In this document: positions 11,401 through 19,489 of the stretch, piece by piece | How positions within the stretch are numbered: position 1 is the first letter of the stretch | Layout of the letters: every line of letters starts with the position of its first letter | IMG/VR virus record: IMGVR_UViG_3300034072_002211 | Location: 1 to 64,000 of that record | DNA: 64,000 nt | Strand: one strand, 5' to 3' | Notes under the pieces: generated by a model | Database searches by the model: none | What the model was told of the DNA's origin: nothing | The model's input: the letters and a program-made list of their open reading frames with translations, nothing else | Program-made: the position numbers and the translations under genes

Positions 11401-13574
11401 ACCACAGCGATGGCGATGGCCGTTGGACTTGGGACGTCTACACCTCAACCTCGAAGTATCAGGTTGCTAAGGCGCGTTCCACGATGAAGCTCAGCGAAGC
11501 ATTCTATGATGATTCGCGCGTGGAGTTTGGTCCTCGCCAGGTGGCAGCAATCCTAGGCGCAAGTGAAGCAACCCGTATCACACCAGAGAGGATTCAGGAA
11601 CTCGCAGACATCATCAACTATCGCGATGGTTCAAGCGAGATTGAGTTCATGCTGAACACCATGAAGACTATCCTTCTGAACACCCTTCAGAAGAACAGGC
11701 TCTTCTTTGGCATGGTCAAGAGCGCGTTTAAGCAGAGCCAGGTCGTTGACTGGGCATTCAAGACGTCGTTCCTCTACCTGGGCGGCTATTCGGAGACCCT
11801 GCGTCAGAGCCCAGTTGCCTTCAAGGATCAGATTGACAACGTCATTGCCTACTTGGAAGAGGTCAAGCCATACCACGTCAAGATTCGTGAGTATGTGCGC
11901 CGACTGAGCTATGGTCCTGACCTTGCTGATCTGGCAATCACTGACTTTGACAAGCCTGTCTATCCAGACGGTCAGCGCAATCGCGTTCTCGACGTTAAGA
12001 ACGAGAACGACCGCAACATCATGGGTATCAACCGTCCTTGGAAGGATTGGTTCGAGAACTATGAGAAGGCACCAACGCCACTGACCAAGTGGGATCTGGA
12101 GTGGAACGGCGTTCGCAAGATGAACGTGACCATGAAGTTCGACCGCATTTCTTGCGGCACGGTTCGTGGTTGGGATACGGCTCCTTGGGATCCACCACTT
12201 CTCGTCTACAGCCAGATTGGCAGCAATACGCAGAGCCTCAGTCAGCTGAATGCTCTCTACAGGAATGTGAACACCCAGGGTGAGCTCAACTACTTCCGCG
12301 ATCAGACTGTGGAAACCATTGAGGAACGCAACTTCCTGGTGCGTAAGGGCATCATTACACCAGACCGTCCAGGTTCGATTGTAACTGTCCTTCAGGAAGG
12401 CTCCCACTATATGTGGACCGGCAACGAGTGGATCAAGTTCGAGGCCATTGGCTGGGATCAGGATCCCGACATGGGCACCGCAACCCGCATCGAAGATGCT
12501 TACCGTCCTCTGCCTGGTATGACCCGTAAGGATGATCCAGGTGTGATTGCTGGTTGTGAATTTGACGGCACGGTGATGACTGACACGTTCCAATATGACG
12601 CTTGGGACATCTTCGAGTGGGATTCCACTGGCTACAGCCAGGGTATCCGTGAACGTGCTGGCTTCGATCAGGAAACTGTTGATGGCAACACTACTCCTGC
12701 TGATGAGAACGATCCTGCTTACGTGGGCATCACTGGCAATGAGTTCAGCCAGCCAGCAGTGAACGGCGCACGTCCTCATGAGCTGGTTCAGATCCGTGGC
12801 GTTGAAAGCGTTGTGATCAACGTCCGCAAGGCTTCTGGCCCTTACATGAAGAACTTCATGAACGCACAGGGCAAGTGGCAGGACACTCTGGTCAGTCAGA
12901 GCGAAATGACGTTTGTTTCCTGGGATCAGAGCGCCCACTCAGTGACCCTGACGGTGCCTAGCTGGACTGAGGATGCTCAGGGCTACACGCCGCTACATGA
13001 CCCTCAGAACCCTTCTACGGGCTTCATCAAGAATGTCATGTTGAGCAAGGGTTACAGGTCTTCAAGCAATGTGGACATGAGTGCCGCAGGAACCAAGACC
13101 TTCAAGCTTCGCGATCTCAGTGATATTGATGGTATTCCAGCTGGTCTGAGGGGCGACAATGTGAACGTTGCGGTTGTGAACACCAAGGATCCAACCAAGC
13201 GCGCAATTGGTGTTCTGTCAAACAGCAAGGGTAGCGAAAAGAACTGGGACGGTCAGGTCACTATCACGTTCTCAACGGGCTTCGTGAACCTTGGTTCGGG
13301 TAAGAGCTGGAACATCATCCCAGTTGATATGTTCAACGAACCAGGCATCGTGTGGGTAGGTGACGCACGCTTCACCTACAACAGCATGACCCGCAATGGT
13401 TCGACTGTGGTCCTCGAAAATGCCTACCTGTCAGCAAGCACCTTGGCACCACTGAACATCACTGAAGATGGTGTTTCGCTGGTCAAGACTTCGCCGGTGC
13501 TGGACGGCTCTATCCAGCGCAGGATGGCAAGCAACCATTCTGACGCAGTGCCTCACGGCCCTAACAGGCCGTGA
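2475..13574 (+). CDS. Giant virion structural protein (baseplate wedge/hub, 3699 aa)
   Basis: Uninterrupted 3699-aa ORF between gp6-like gene and fibre genes; ends with YLEEVKPYHVKIRE-type segment seen in jumbo-myophage baseplate proteins. Confidence 0.7.
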   Translation: MAKKTNRNPFAFTPIVLDQDNHEKRRVIKQLPAVHQTETLQKFFGASLDHLFDPGKGKPINGYVGQKPLWYDPDQDYYLEEGTDDRTFYQLEASMVSKNVEGQLTDLLPYPDLVNQLRFQGALTNNHNRLFSQDFYTWCPPIDLDKIVNFRQYVWLPIDDVAPTSTFEDGQTDGWILADGTPAPVSGPYSGINKFVGRFAGTPAGDQVVSKTFTLNSAITTANAQFDFLKLDSWDYAGGSAGVRERLVVYINDQVAFEFTPVGISGEGGLSLGSGTISLGDITGTYNVTSPGVDTHLGASATWTDRVYRVTVNLTGTGKTFKLGFGSTTNQAIDDESLGIDNVRVWQSSKTGIELNGPTHKSISPGTTKDYFLPGYGPTGDPELKKFYDLSILTDKLIHAEVDGVSRSFTYVPGQDKITFDQRPAADAEVSISVYSDLENNAIGLPNARPEAFGGVQLSSGMRVIITLDRNSDFKKSNVYIVEGVGSSIFLIKEEDWGAGAAPDYMVMARGAANRNEWSTRNRWFHVSTLPDNMDPDYVLKQRATRPIIEFNRDLELYNYGLRRRLDVDLVVENIEDLNGYMNQFPQDVTLGGVRITTRGTTLINVAAVNPRTGTTYGDVSSIRVMVRNTVNPLLNNNVLVLVNQGGALKLILETDGENPSGEPVYGEVFNVLLGSYSGKNLHWDGTNWVESQHKVKANQAPLFELYDLNGNSLRDEGLYPNSTFKGSRLFGYRIDTTGSRIADQALGLPLIHDNKGQIQFENYLSTETYQYVVGGKFLDIVGFYFHKVGNIDAELETLSNDWYKAPTQTRQFMVDRYVSDGRTKLFNISQNAQDITVTRGRVNESKSFERTTLVEDKDFIRVGRQIMIINIQLGDVIEIRTYSSENPPADAKGHYEVPLNLQANPDNAEVDFMTKGDFYDHFSEIMKKQAGFKGAEYSDNNFRDTPKAPNLGTHIIQHSAGLLKTMLLAGNSQLDITAAIRYADAEYARFKDKFQKKILSYTFTGRLANAENYDVWINTALDELNKGKTKHFAFYLSGMAQNESNRLPTFIPPTPSFLGVYPLYAPELISQEVEGADDVWFVRGHDGSLTLGENETCARVLHALELRIFDSVTATVRLRDRPACDFQEAYSDQYRTNEYSYEEYLQVLRPSFERWSVAYRQDYKVNDLSDTTIESKINRKANPWMWNWSSVPMANGQSVPGHWRGIYEKFYGTQRPDLTPWESLGFAIKPEWWDDRYGPAPYTSENLVLWDDLEQGYIHEGERRGINAKWARPGLQQFMPVDARGRLRHPGPRDLIAYNNVTADTDLSYIPDPTYFTEENGGGWFWKVENDTYLGDEVRGRFETKAEALADYVRSWEDRHDDGVLGCGICPQVPLYSDRAADWNFGDIGPVEQTWRRSSAFAFAAATAGYLMKPAKFVELGWNTQDIGLFFKNTPNEQWLNQDTKGRPQHRELQVHGEVLEDLSLVTKVGIQQWVSDLLASKNTAINENFATRVRGLGSQLSYKVAGFTDSQTLVAVTDAFGRVPSEDITISLYRSPSIREETYSGVAIEYTGRGYEIYGYDALNPYFSVMAPAIHAGRISVGDGAKSAAVPNWNPGTYYSVDITVKYQDNFYRSNKTHTSSSFFEPEFWTQVARPQYADGSTLLWYLEGELDPVAEKIAYGTVLKTPQDVADFLNGYQRYLESRGWIFENLGEDEQEVRDWKQALKSFITWSRADVRQPGDYITLSPSSKLVRFATDQGTIQPIEQIINGLYAIVDQNGQPIDSQATRVVRNDGNITVTCDASTSGIFGLRLYVSELEHVLVFNNKTIFGDTIYSPLLNIKQPRIRLQGFKTVGWKGRIDAPGFIVTGDRLTPNFERAADDFRRFFDIESMENKKLQDRARANFGYEEKEYLNNLLLTPTNQFEFYQGMIQQKGSSTSMRRLLRSNFIRHNKGLKLFEEWAFRVGDYGGQEVTPQLDIQIRQSEFKHNPQLIQFSNAVTPNTYGIIDVVDLNVGQDNRALDDRWHWRPDMKAIEWPLRDFGQGDAPLPTAGYVNLDEVRFTVATKAEFEDFFGQQEATDEPLEAGDRVWVYGIGSGKPEDSWMTYKFHDTGYNILNTFMPTFEGQGTVVQLDQNIKGYQNADTNPWNTTFYVAQPLLAGENDENGNAISGEMLVLKNLQDADVNPRTTYKPRVLGKAKLALTGTSGTTGFVMGFTPEAQQMIHRIKVIVDEPFAEGSTFELGYQNDLDAFVAIREEDQRDIYPTNYDNEAVLVQTPATSYMPPNVSTADVELIRVGRVSNFCAQTVVEWYWTRSDGSTANGSVTFLRPSDVVGDTDTDDAYLQTIQLPVTPSAMSGTLRVVTNGVQTDVQVLTFLRTNQAGINSVDLTRAATYEFSRAVGMSMYPWNTNTAGADREMIATLNSLGTQGSLRVEVDYFYVKGFELTEVLNGAVVPATSNVDGGTADVFTWIKTRYPSLNGISGALQDGDLIEVDSAHDTPGRWAVYKKVVSEWTIVRRQNRKINSDLLTSAGIFNSQENKLKLILQVYDPYKGFIPGVADRELEFKTFNDPAVYNDGRMIWGKEQVGKLWWDLSAVRYLDYEIYDSWKSNDHSGVNYRWKNWGRVAPNSSVDIYQWVRSPVAPNGWSDYVESKADLKIDNKPTGTVEEDAKYVTATEWNDDIQADETIYYFWVKNPTVVPTLPSRKLSAKQVSNILTDPAANDIPFFAVIDTNKVIVGGIKQFLNETDTVLKIKWLKDAEITNNHHKQWMILREEDERNTINDTLWNKMRDSLVGWDSTQKYVPDEKLPGAQQIGAMVRPRQSWFPADASPNGGQRPSRSARAAFVDCLNDILSEQPFIDQWYNWSEVFDKGENLPAPDRYITTALDLVDLRNLLPAARNMVQPGECVLIQNTAEAAGFWTLWKLVEIAGQRQFILEDFQKWRMQEGELWSLADWYADGWSAKNFPNYRFPTTAARDAAGNLDVTLLKGTLVQIDHSDGDGRWTWDVYTSTSKYQVAKARSTMKLSEAFYDDSRVEFGPRQVAAILGASEATRITPERIQELADIINYRDGSSEIEFMLNTMKTILLNTLQKNRLFFGMVKSAFKQSQVVDWAFKTSFLYLGGYSETLRQSPVAFKDQIDNVIAYLEEVKPYHVKIREYVRRLSYGPDLADLAITDFDKPVYPDGQRNRVLDVKNENDRNIMGINRPWKDWFENYEKAPTPLTKWDLEWNGVRKMNVTMKFDRISCGTVRGWDTAPWDPPLLVYSQIGSNTQSLSQLNALYRNVNTQGELNYFRDQTVETIEERNFLVRKGIITPDRPGSIVTVLQEGSHYMWTGNEWIKFEAIGWDQDPDMGTATRIEDAYRPLPGMTRKDDPGVIAGCEFDGTVMTDTFQYDAWDIFEWDSTGYSQGIRERAGFDQETVDGNTTPADENDPAYVGITGNEFSQPAVNGARPHELVQIRGVESVVINVRKASGPYMKNFMNAQGKWQDTLVSQSEMTFVSWDQSAHSVTLTVPSWTEDAQGYTPLHDPQNPSTGFIKNVMLSKGYRSSSNVDMSAAGTKTFKLRDLSDIDGIPAGLRGDNVNVAVVNTKDPTKRAIGVLSNSKGSEKNWDGQVTITFSTGFVNLGSGKSWNIIPVDMFNEPGIVWVGDARFTYNSMTRNGSTVVLENAYLSASTLAPLNITEDGVSLVKTSPVLDGSIQRRMASNHSDAVPHGPNRP

Positions 13575-13583
13575 GTAGCTGAA

Positions 13584-13589
13584 TAAATA
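13584..13589 (+). promoter_or_regulatory. TAAATA motif, candidate T4-type late promoter
   Basis: Intergenic TAAATA also at 14202 (+) and on - strand at 21575, 33444, 38316, 40520, 47260, 63688; resembles T4 gp55 TATAAATA. Confidence 0.5.
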
Positions 13590-13614
13590 CACACATAATA
13601 GGAGTGGAGAAACC

Positions 13615-14178
13615 ATGAGCGAAGATTTCAAGGACGACGTTCTTCCCAAGATTACGGGTCACGTTCTGATTCGCGACCCAGAAACTGGTCATGTCCTGCT
13701 GGACAAGAAGAACGCGGTTCACTATGAAAACATGAGCCTTGCGATTGGCTATGCCCTCGCAAACAAGGGTGAAGGTGTTATCTACGCCATGGCGTTTGGT
13801 AATGGTGGTAGTGCGGTGTCTGGCACTGGCGCAATCACCTATTTCCCAACCAACACCCAGGATCCTAAGGCTGACCTCTACGATCCCACGTATCAGAAGC
13901 TGATCAACGGCACCTCGACCAACTTTATTGAGGTCAAGCATCTGTTGGGCACGCCTTACACTGACATCGTGGTCACCTGCACGCTGGATTACAATGAGCC
14001 AAGCGGACAGGAAGCCTTCGACGACGCAACCAATGCCGACGGTATGTTCGTGTTCGACGAACTTGGACTCAAGACTAGCGAAGGCATGTTGCTCACTCAC
14101 GTGATCTTCAATCCAATTCAGAAGTCCCTGAACCGACTGATTGAGGTTGTCTACACGCTCAGGATCCAGATGTCCTAA
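13615..14178 (+). CDS. Conserved baseplate/tail structural protein
   Basis: RBS GGAG; KKNAVHYENMS...FDELGL...LLTHVIFNPIQKSLNR pattern; structural module context. Confidence 0.6.
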   Translation: MSEDFKDDVLPKITGHVLIRDPETGHVLLDKKNAVHYENMSLAIGYALANKGEGVIYAMAFGNGGSAVSGTGAITYFPTNTQDPKADLYDPTYQKLINGTSTNFIEVKHLLGTPYTDIVVTCTLDYNEPSGQEAFDDATNADGMFVFDELGLKTSEGMLLTHVIFNPIQKSLNRLIEVVYTLRIQMS

Positions 14179-14225
14179 TAAGTGCGTGGTTTATAGGACA
14201 CTAAATATCAGAAATTGGAGGGCTT

Positions 14226-15335
14226 ATGAGCTATCGACTCACAAAGGCAGACGGTAAGAGCGTCATTGTCCAGGACATGGCCAAGGAAATCGTTGGCGGT
14301 CTGACTATGCTGGGTTATGGCTTCACCAACTATGGTGATGAAGTGGCTCAGAACTTTATCAAGGATCTAGAAAACAACGCTGGTCTTGCTGAACCAGCTA
14401 ACCCAGTGCTTGGTCAGTTCTGGTTCCAGTTGCCATTGGATCAAGCCACTCAGAACAAGAATCTTCGCGTCTGCGTTTCTACTTCTGCTCCTACGCTAGA
14501 GGGACGCTGGAAGATTCTATTCGGCATTAGCCCAGCCGGACAGGTTCTGCTTGATGCTTGGACTCTGCGTGGCGCAGGCCCTGATGCTAATCCCGGTGTT
14601 CCTGGCTCTGTTGTGACCCGTGGTTCCAACGGCAAGATCCTCTCCTCCAACATTGATTTCCCAGCTCAGGCCAGTACGGTTGATGCTGCGAACCGTCTAA
14701 CCAATACTCGTATTTTTGGTTCGCGTAACGGCGGTCTTCCGTTCAACGGAACTCAAGACGTCGGTCTCACGACTGCCCATATCGCAGAAGCTGACCAGCT
14801 CTATTATAGAACTGATCGTGCCCGTCAGGCATTCTCCGGTGGTCGTTATATCACTGTTGATCAGAATACTGGTCAGATCAGTTTCAATGGTCCAGATCCA
14901 ACAAGTGGTGCAACTGGTCCACAGGGACCGGCCGGTCCAACTGGTCCACAGGGCCCACAGGGCCCTCAAGGTCCACAGGGCCCACAGGGACCCCAGGGCG
15001 CAACCGGCACCTTTGATGGGTCTGCTGGTTTTGAAGGTTCAAAGGATTTGAATGGTTGGCAGAAACTGCCAAGTGGTCTGATTATCCAGTGGGGTCAGTT
15101 CTACTGGCCTGACACTGACGGCCCAATGTATATCAGCTATCCGGTCTCTTACCCAAGTCAGGCTTTTAACGTCTGGCTATCTATTCTTGGAAACCCAAAT
15201 AGAGGTGGTGACCGAAACGAAGAAGACGACGAGCAGATCTGGGCCAACACTTATACTAATTCTCAGTTCGTTGTCCGAGACACTGGTGACGACAACGCCG
15301 GCTACAATGTGGCTTGGCTTTCGATAGGATATTAA
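14226..15335 (+). CDS. Tail fibre protein 1 with collagen-like (GPQ)n linker and C-terminal receptor-binding tip
   Basis: N-terminal baseplate-anchor motif (LGYGFTNYG...NF...GQFWF); GPTGPQGPQ repeats; C-terminal GWQKLPSGLIIQWG motif typical of tail-fibre tip domains. Confidence 0.8.
   Translation: MSYRLTKADGKSVIVQDMAKEIVGGLTMLGYGFTNYGDEVAQNFIKDLENNAGLAEPANPVLGQFWFQLPLDQATQNKNLRVCVSTSAPTLEGRWKILFGISPAGQVLLDAWTLRGAGPDANPGVPGSVVTRGSNGKILSSNIDFPAQASTVDAANRLTNTRIFGSRNGGLPFNGTQDVGLTTAHIAEADQLYYRTDRARQAFSGGRYITVDQNTGQISFNGPDPTSGATGPQGPAGPTGPQGPQGPQGPQGPQGPQGATGTFDGSAGFEGSKDLNGWQKLPSGLIIQWGQFYWPDTDGPMYISYPVSYPSQAFNVWLSILGNPNRGGDRNEEDDEQIWANTYTNSQFVVRDTGDDNAGYNVAWLSIGY
14868..14980 (+). repeat. Copy 1 of 113-bp near-identical block shared by the two fibre genes
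   Basis: Matches 16474..16586 at 111/113 nt; a further identical 35-mer at 14775..14809 = 16381..16415. Confidence 0.9.
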
Positions 15336-15336
15336 C

Positions 15337-15723
15337 ATGGCAACCCATTTCTACAGCCCCAAGACGTCAGGGTTCTATAACAAGAACATTCACACCTCGA
15401 TGCCAGAGGATGCTTTCCCTGTTTCTGACGCCAAGTATGACGAACTCATGGAAGGTCAGTCCGCTGGTAAGAAGATTGTCTACAAGGCCAGGAAGCTTCA
15501 GCTTGAAGATTATGAAGTTGCGACCGTCACTTGGGAAAAGATTCGTGATCGTCGTGACACACTCCTGACAAAATGCGACTGGACTCAGATTCCAGACGCT
15601 CCTATGGACGAGGAAACCCGCACCGACTGGCGTGAATATCGTCAGAAGCTGCGCGATATTACTGAATCGTTCCCTTCGCCAGAGCAGGTTGTTTGGCCAA
15701 TGGCTCCTGACGCTACTTCGTAA
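15337..15723 (+). CDS. Tail fibre assembly chaperone
   Basis: FYSPKTSGFY N-terminus and WEKIRDRRDTLLTKCDWTQIPDAP...WREYRQKLRDI...WP motif; lies between two fibre genes. Confidence 0.85.
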   Translation: MATHFYSPKTSGFYNKNIHTSMPEDAFPVSDAKYDELMEGQSAGKKIVYKARKLQLEDYEVATVTWEKIRDRRDTLLTKCDWTQIPDAPMDEETRTDWREYRQKLRDITESFPSPEQVVWPMAPDATS

Positions 15724-15735
15724 ACTGGAGACAAA

Positions 15736-16950
15736 ATGAGCTACACAGTCAACAATAGCAACGGCGACATTGTTTCGATCGTCAACGACTTCAGGAAGGA
15801 GATCGCTGGCGGTCTGAACCTCCTAGGTTATGGCTATGTGAACTTTGGTGAAGACATTGCTGAAAACTTTGTCAAGATTGCTGAAAACTTCACCAAGATC
15901 AGTCCACCCTACAAGTATAGGATTGGTCAGATCTGGATGGACAGCCTGATTGATCCAACGGCAGATCTCAAGGACGACAGTGGTGCGCTGATTGTTAAGA
16001 GGAACAACTATTACACCCTGAGGGTGGCAGTTGCGAACTCTACCTATGAGGCCCTGGACGAAACCACGGTCAAGCATGTCCCATATGTGGACAACCACTG
16101 GGTTCCTCTATTTGCCATCGACGGTGCCGGCAAACGTGCGGCTCTTGTCTACAATGGTGTTGCGGCTTTTCCAGATGTGAACGCAACCCCTGGCTCACTG
16201 GTCATTCGTGGTTCCGATGGTAAGATCCCATCGAGCAGCTTGCCTTCGATTGATAACGTGCCTAGTGCTGCCAACTCCAACCACTCAAACTCGTCTACAA
16301 AGCTGGACAATGTTCGTGTCTTTGGTTCGCGTAATGGTGGTATCGGTTTTGATGGTACGCAGAACGTTCCCCTAACTACAGCCCATATCGCAGAAGCTGA
16401 CCAGCTCTATTATAGCGACGGTCGAGCTCGTAACGCGATTTCAGGTGGACGCTATATCACAGTTGACCACAACACTGGTCAGATCAGTTTCAATGGTCCA
16501 GATCCAACAAGCGGTGCCACTGGTCCACAGGGACCGGCCGGTCCAACTGGTCCACAGGGCCCACAGGGCCCTCAAGGTCCACAGGGTCCACAGGGCCCTC
16601 AAGGTCCACAGGGCCCCGCAGGCTCCTCCGCAGACGTTATCGTGGCTTCTTCCTACGGCACCAACGGCTATGTAGTTTATAATGGTGGCTTCTGTATCCA
16701 GTGGGGTAGGTATCGAGGCTATATGTCAGGAGAACGTTCGCTTTTGGTAACTCTTCCAATTGCTTTCGCTAGTTCGCCGTACGTCGTAAATACGGTCGCT
16801 TACCTGAATGCATACAGAAATAAGGCGGACCTTTGGGTTCAGCGTGTAGGGGAAGGTACTAGCACTTACTTTTCAGTTGCGCTACAGAGTGATGACGGTG
16901 ATGACGCGAACGTTGATGGTTTCGACTGGGTAGCATACGGTAGGGTCTAA
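15736..16950 (+). CDS. Tail fibre protein 2 (paralog of 14226..15335)
   Basis: Same N-terminal anchor and collagen linker; different tip (YGTNGYVVYNGGFCIQWG). Confidence 0.8.
   Translation: MSYTVNNSNGDIVSIVNDFRKEIAGGLNLLGYGYVNFGEDIAENFVKIAENFTKISPPYKYRIGQIWMDSLIDPTADLKDDSGALIVKRNNYYTLRVAVANSTYEALDETTVKHVPYVDNHWVPLFAIDGAGKRAALVYNGVAAFPDVNATPGSLVIRGSDGKIPSSSLPSIDNVPSAANSNHSNSSTKLDNVRVFGSRNGGIGFDGTQNVPLTTAHIAEADQLYYSDGRARNAISGGRYITVDHNTGQISFNGPDPTSGATGPQGPAGPTGPQGPQGPQGPQGPQGPQGPQGPAGSSADVIVASSYGTNGYVVYNGGFCIQWGRYRGYMSGERSLLVTLPIAFASSPYVVNTVAYLNAYRNKADLWVQRVGEGTSTYFSVALQSDDGDDANVDGFDWVAYGRV
16474..16586 (+). repeat. Copy 2 of shared fibre block
   Basis: See 14868..14980. Confidence 0.9.
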
Positions 16951-16954
16951 GACA

Positions 16955-16985
16955 GTTGAACCCCGGACTAGGTCCGGGGTTCAAC
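16955..16985. terminator. Perfect 14-bp hairpin between convergent late and early genes (probable bidirectional terminator)
   Basis: GTTGAACCCCGGAC-tag-GTCCGGGGTTCAAC; no strong U tract. Confidence 0.7.
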
Positions 16986-17000
16986 CATGAGTAGAAGACC

Positions 17001-17939
17001 TTAGAGCTTGAAAGCAGCCTTGAACTCGTTGAGCTCACGCTTGCTCATACGGAAGTGATCCAGCATTTCGGCTTCAGTTTCGAACTGCGCCTGAATGTGG
17101 TCATAAGCTTCCGAGAAGCTGAGATCGAACTCGTTGGAACGAGTGATCAGTGCCTGAAGGAATTCCACTTCCATACCCGAGAGGGTCTTGGCGTCGCGGA
17201 TGTAGTCCTCATAGGCTTCGCAAGCTGCTGGGAACAGAGGCTGAATCAGCTTGTAGATGGCGCGTGCGAACTCCTGGATCTCCCACTGAGCGTGTGAGTC
17301 TTCGCGCAGCTTCAGCATGTGGAAGAGGTTGTGCAGGTTCTGCTTCCAGTAGAGCTCAGTGTAACCGGCGACTGGCATCACAGTGCGAGCCAACTCACGA
17401 GTCATGCCAGGGAACTCTTCGGTAAAACCAAAGTTGTCCATGGTCATCTCGCTGCCCTCGCCGAGCAGGGTCTGATAGACCTGGTGGCTATGCTTGGTTG
17501 CCTGAGCAATCAGCTTCTGAGCTGCCTCAGCATCGCGTGGGTCCATTTCACCGCCGCGGCCCTGCTTGTTCAGGGTGCTCTGTGGCTGAATGTTCTCGAG
17601 CTTGGGGATATACATCTCGTCAGTGAGAACCGAGTAGCGGGCGCTATACTCGTTGAGGCTGCTGGTGCGGTGACGGACCAGCTGGCGCATGACGAAGATG
17701 GGAAGCTTGAGGTGAAGCTTTACTTCACACATCTCAAGCGGGCTGGTGTGCTTATGGCGCACTAGGTAGCGGATGAGTCCACGGTCCTCACGAACACTCT
17801 TGGTGCCGTTACCGTAAGAAACTCGAGCCGCGCTGACGATGTCTGCGTCGCTGCCCATGTGATCAACCAGGCCAACGAAGCCATGGTCGAGAACTGGGAC
17901 ATACTTGGCATCGCCAAGAACGTCGGTCTGAAGGGTCAT
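17001..17939 (-). CDS. thyX: Flavin-dependent thymidylate synthase ThyX
   Basis: RHRTSSLNEYSARY signature; AARVSY; start reassigned to ATG 17939 with GGAG RBS. Confidence 0.95.
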   Translation of the reverse strand: MTLQTDVLGDAKYVPVLDHGFVGLVDHMGSDADIVSAARVSYGNGTKSVREDRGLIRYLVRHKHTSPLEMCEVKLHLKLPIFVMRQLVRHRTSSLNEYSARYSVLTDEMYIPKLENIQPQSTLNKQGRGGEMDPRDAEAAQKLIAQATKHSHQVYQTLLGEGSEMTMDNFGFTEEFPGMTRELARTVMPVAGYTELYWKQNLHNLFHMLKLREDSHAQWEIQEFARAIYKLIQPLFPAACEAYEDYIRDAKTLSGMEVEFLQALITRSNEFDLSFSEAYDHIQAQFETEAEMLDHFRMSKRELNEFKAAFKL

Positions 17940-17956
17940 TCTACACTCCTGGTATT

Positions 17957-17988
17957 TTCTGGTTTGAGTGTGTCTTCTCAAACCAGAA
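17957..17988. terminator. 12-bp hairpin upstream of thyX
   Basis: TTCTGGTTTGAG-N8-CTCAAACCAGAA. Confidence 0.5.
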
Positions 17989-17994
17989 TATACG

Positions 17995-18279
17995 TTAGAG
18001 CGCGATATCCTTCAATATAATTTCGGCGAAGTGGCGGATTGTGTCCTTGACTTCGGAGAGATTGAGGATGAGACCAATTTCAGCGATGCCTTGCTCTTCG
18101 AGGCTCTCGTCGTCCAACATGATCTCCTCGAGCTCTTCGCGCGAGATGATGTAGACTTCGTCATCGAGGTCTGTAACGCACGCCGCTGAGACAAACTCAG
18201 CTGGAACATGGTCAGGTTCGATTTCGCTTAGGATCTTATCGAGAAGGTCCTCAAACTCCTGTGTCGCCATTGTCGTCAC
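17995..18279 (-). CDS. Hypothetical acidic protein
   Basis: 94-aa ORF, GGAG RBS, coding-like codon usage. Confidence 0.7.
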   Translation of the reverse strand: MTTMATQEFEDLLDKILSEIEPDHVPAEFVSAACVTDLDDEVYIISREELEEIMLDDESLEEQGIAEIGLILNLSEVKDTIRHFAEIILKDIAL

Positions 18280-18826
18280 TCCTTACGAGCTTGACCGCTA
18301 CTTGGTAGCGTTCATACACTTTGCGAACCACTTCGTTCTCTCGAACAATCCGTTGTTCGCTAATGTATTTAATCAAATTCTCGCGGGAGATGCTCTCTAC
18401 GGAACCGTCTTCCATTTCGACCTCGACCTTCTTCTCACTCTTGCTCACTCGAGGTGCAGCTTTGAAGTAGGTGTCATAGTCACCATATCCATAGGAATAG
18501 GGCTTGTAGCTTGGACCCAGCAACTTCATCATGTCCTGAAGGTCCTTGATCGTCAGGGAGGAGGTTGGAATGGTGCTCTTGGTAGTCACCACGGTATTAT
18601 TGGCAGGCTTCGTGGTGATCTGAGGCGAAATGCTGGTATGTGGCAACGTGATCTCTGTGCAGGGATTACTCAGATACTTCTTGTAGAGATCGTCCATTAC
18701 CTGCTTCTGATAGTCGTAGAGGTATGGATCCTTCTTGGGTTCGATGTATTGGATCTCATCAAACGTCTTGAAGGTATCATCCTTCTTGCCCAGGTTGCCA
18801 AAGCTGTAGGTTTTCTTGTCGCTCAT
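18251..18826 (-). CDS. Hypothetical protein (C-terminal helix family, member 4)
   Basis: ATGA overlap with upstream gene; C-terminus RENEVVRKVYERYQVAVKL. Confidence 0.7.
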   Translation of the reverse strand: MSDKKTYSFGNLGKKDDTFKTFDEIQYIEPKKDPYLYDYQKQVMDDLYKKYLSNPCTEITLPHTSISPQITTKPANNTVVTTKSTIPTSSLTIKDLQDMMKLLGPSYKPYSYGYGDYDTYFKAAPRVSKSEKKVEVEMEDGSVESISRENLIKYISEQRIVRENEVVRKVYERYQVAVKLVRSDDNGDTGV

Positions 18827-19227
18827 TGTTCAATCAACTTGAAAGTCATGACCAGCTTGTCCCAGCATCCTTTGAGGACCGCGTGGTCGTTGATACCCTT
18901 GAGCATGATCTCGAAGTCACGCCCCATTTTGACTAGTCTTGCGAGCTCTTCCTGAAAGGCATCCATGTCCGCAGGCACGGACAACTTGGGTTCATTGGTG
19001 AACGAAAAGATGCCGTCATCGTTAAGGACCTTGAGATCCTGGTCGTGCGCGACTAGGTAGTGCTGCTGAACCATCTTGACCATAGTCTGCCACTCAGTGC
19101 GAAGCAATGCTACTTCTTCGGACTCTTTCTTGAGCTTTTTGATCTGCTCGTGGTAGTCCAGTTTGCCTTGCTCTAGACCCTTTTTGTAGGCCTCGGTTTT
19201 GATCCGTTCGATTTCATCGGGTTCCAT
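18823..19227 (-). CDS. Hypothetical coiled-coil protein (C-terminal helix family, member 3)
   Basis: Coupled ORF; ends NDHAVLKGCWDKLVMTFKL. Confidence 0.7.
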   Translation of the reverse strand: MEPDEIERIKTEAYKKGLEQGKLDYHEQIKKLKKESEEVALLRTEWQTMVKMVQQHYLVAHDQDLKVLNDDGIFSFTNEPKLSVPADMDAFQEELARLVKMGRDFEIMLKGINDHAVLKGCWDKLVMTFKLIEQ

Positions 19228-19489
19228 CGTAACCTGCCAATCTCAGAGCCATCATGAATTTGTCCCAAGAGGCTTTGACCAGTTCGTTATCCTTGACGGC
19301 TCCCATAAGAATGTCGAAGTGGTCTGCTTTGGCCTTTGCTTCTGCCAACTCCTTGGTTCTGACGTCTAGAGTCAGCTTGAGTTGGTGATTCTGACCTTTG
19401 AGCCAAGTGTTCTCGTTGACAGCCTTAGAGAGCTGTTCCTCGATAGGTTCTGTTGCTCGAATGTGCTTATCAGACACCTTCGCTACCAC
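19214..19489 (-). CDS. Hypothetical coiled-coil protein (C-terminal helix family, member 2)
   Basis: Ends KDNELVKASWDKFMMALRL. Confidence 0.7.
   Translation of the reverse strand: MVAKVSDKHIRATEPIEEQLSKAVNENTWLKGQNHQLKLTLDVRTKELAEAKAKADHFDILMGAVKDNELVKASWDKFMMALRLAGYDGTR

Noticed and set aside
14913-15000. Short tandem DNA repeats as CRISPR or DGR repeats
   Set aside because: They encode in-frame collagen GPQ triplets; no spacers, cas genes, adenine-specific mismatches or reverse transcriptase in the window.
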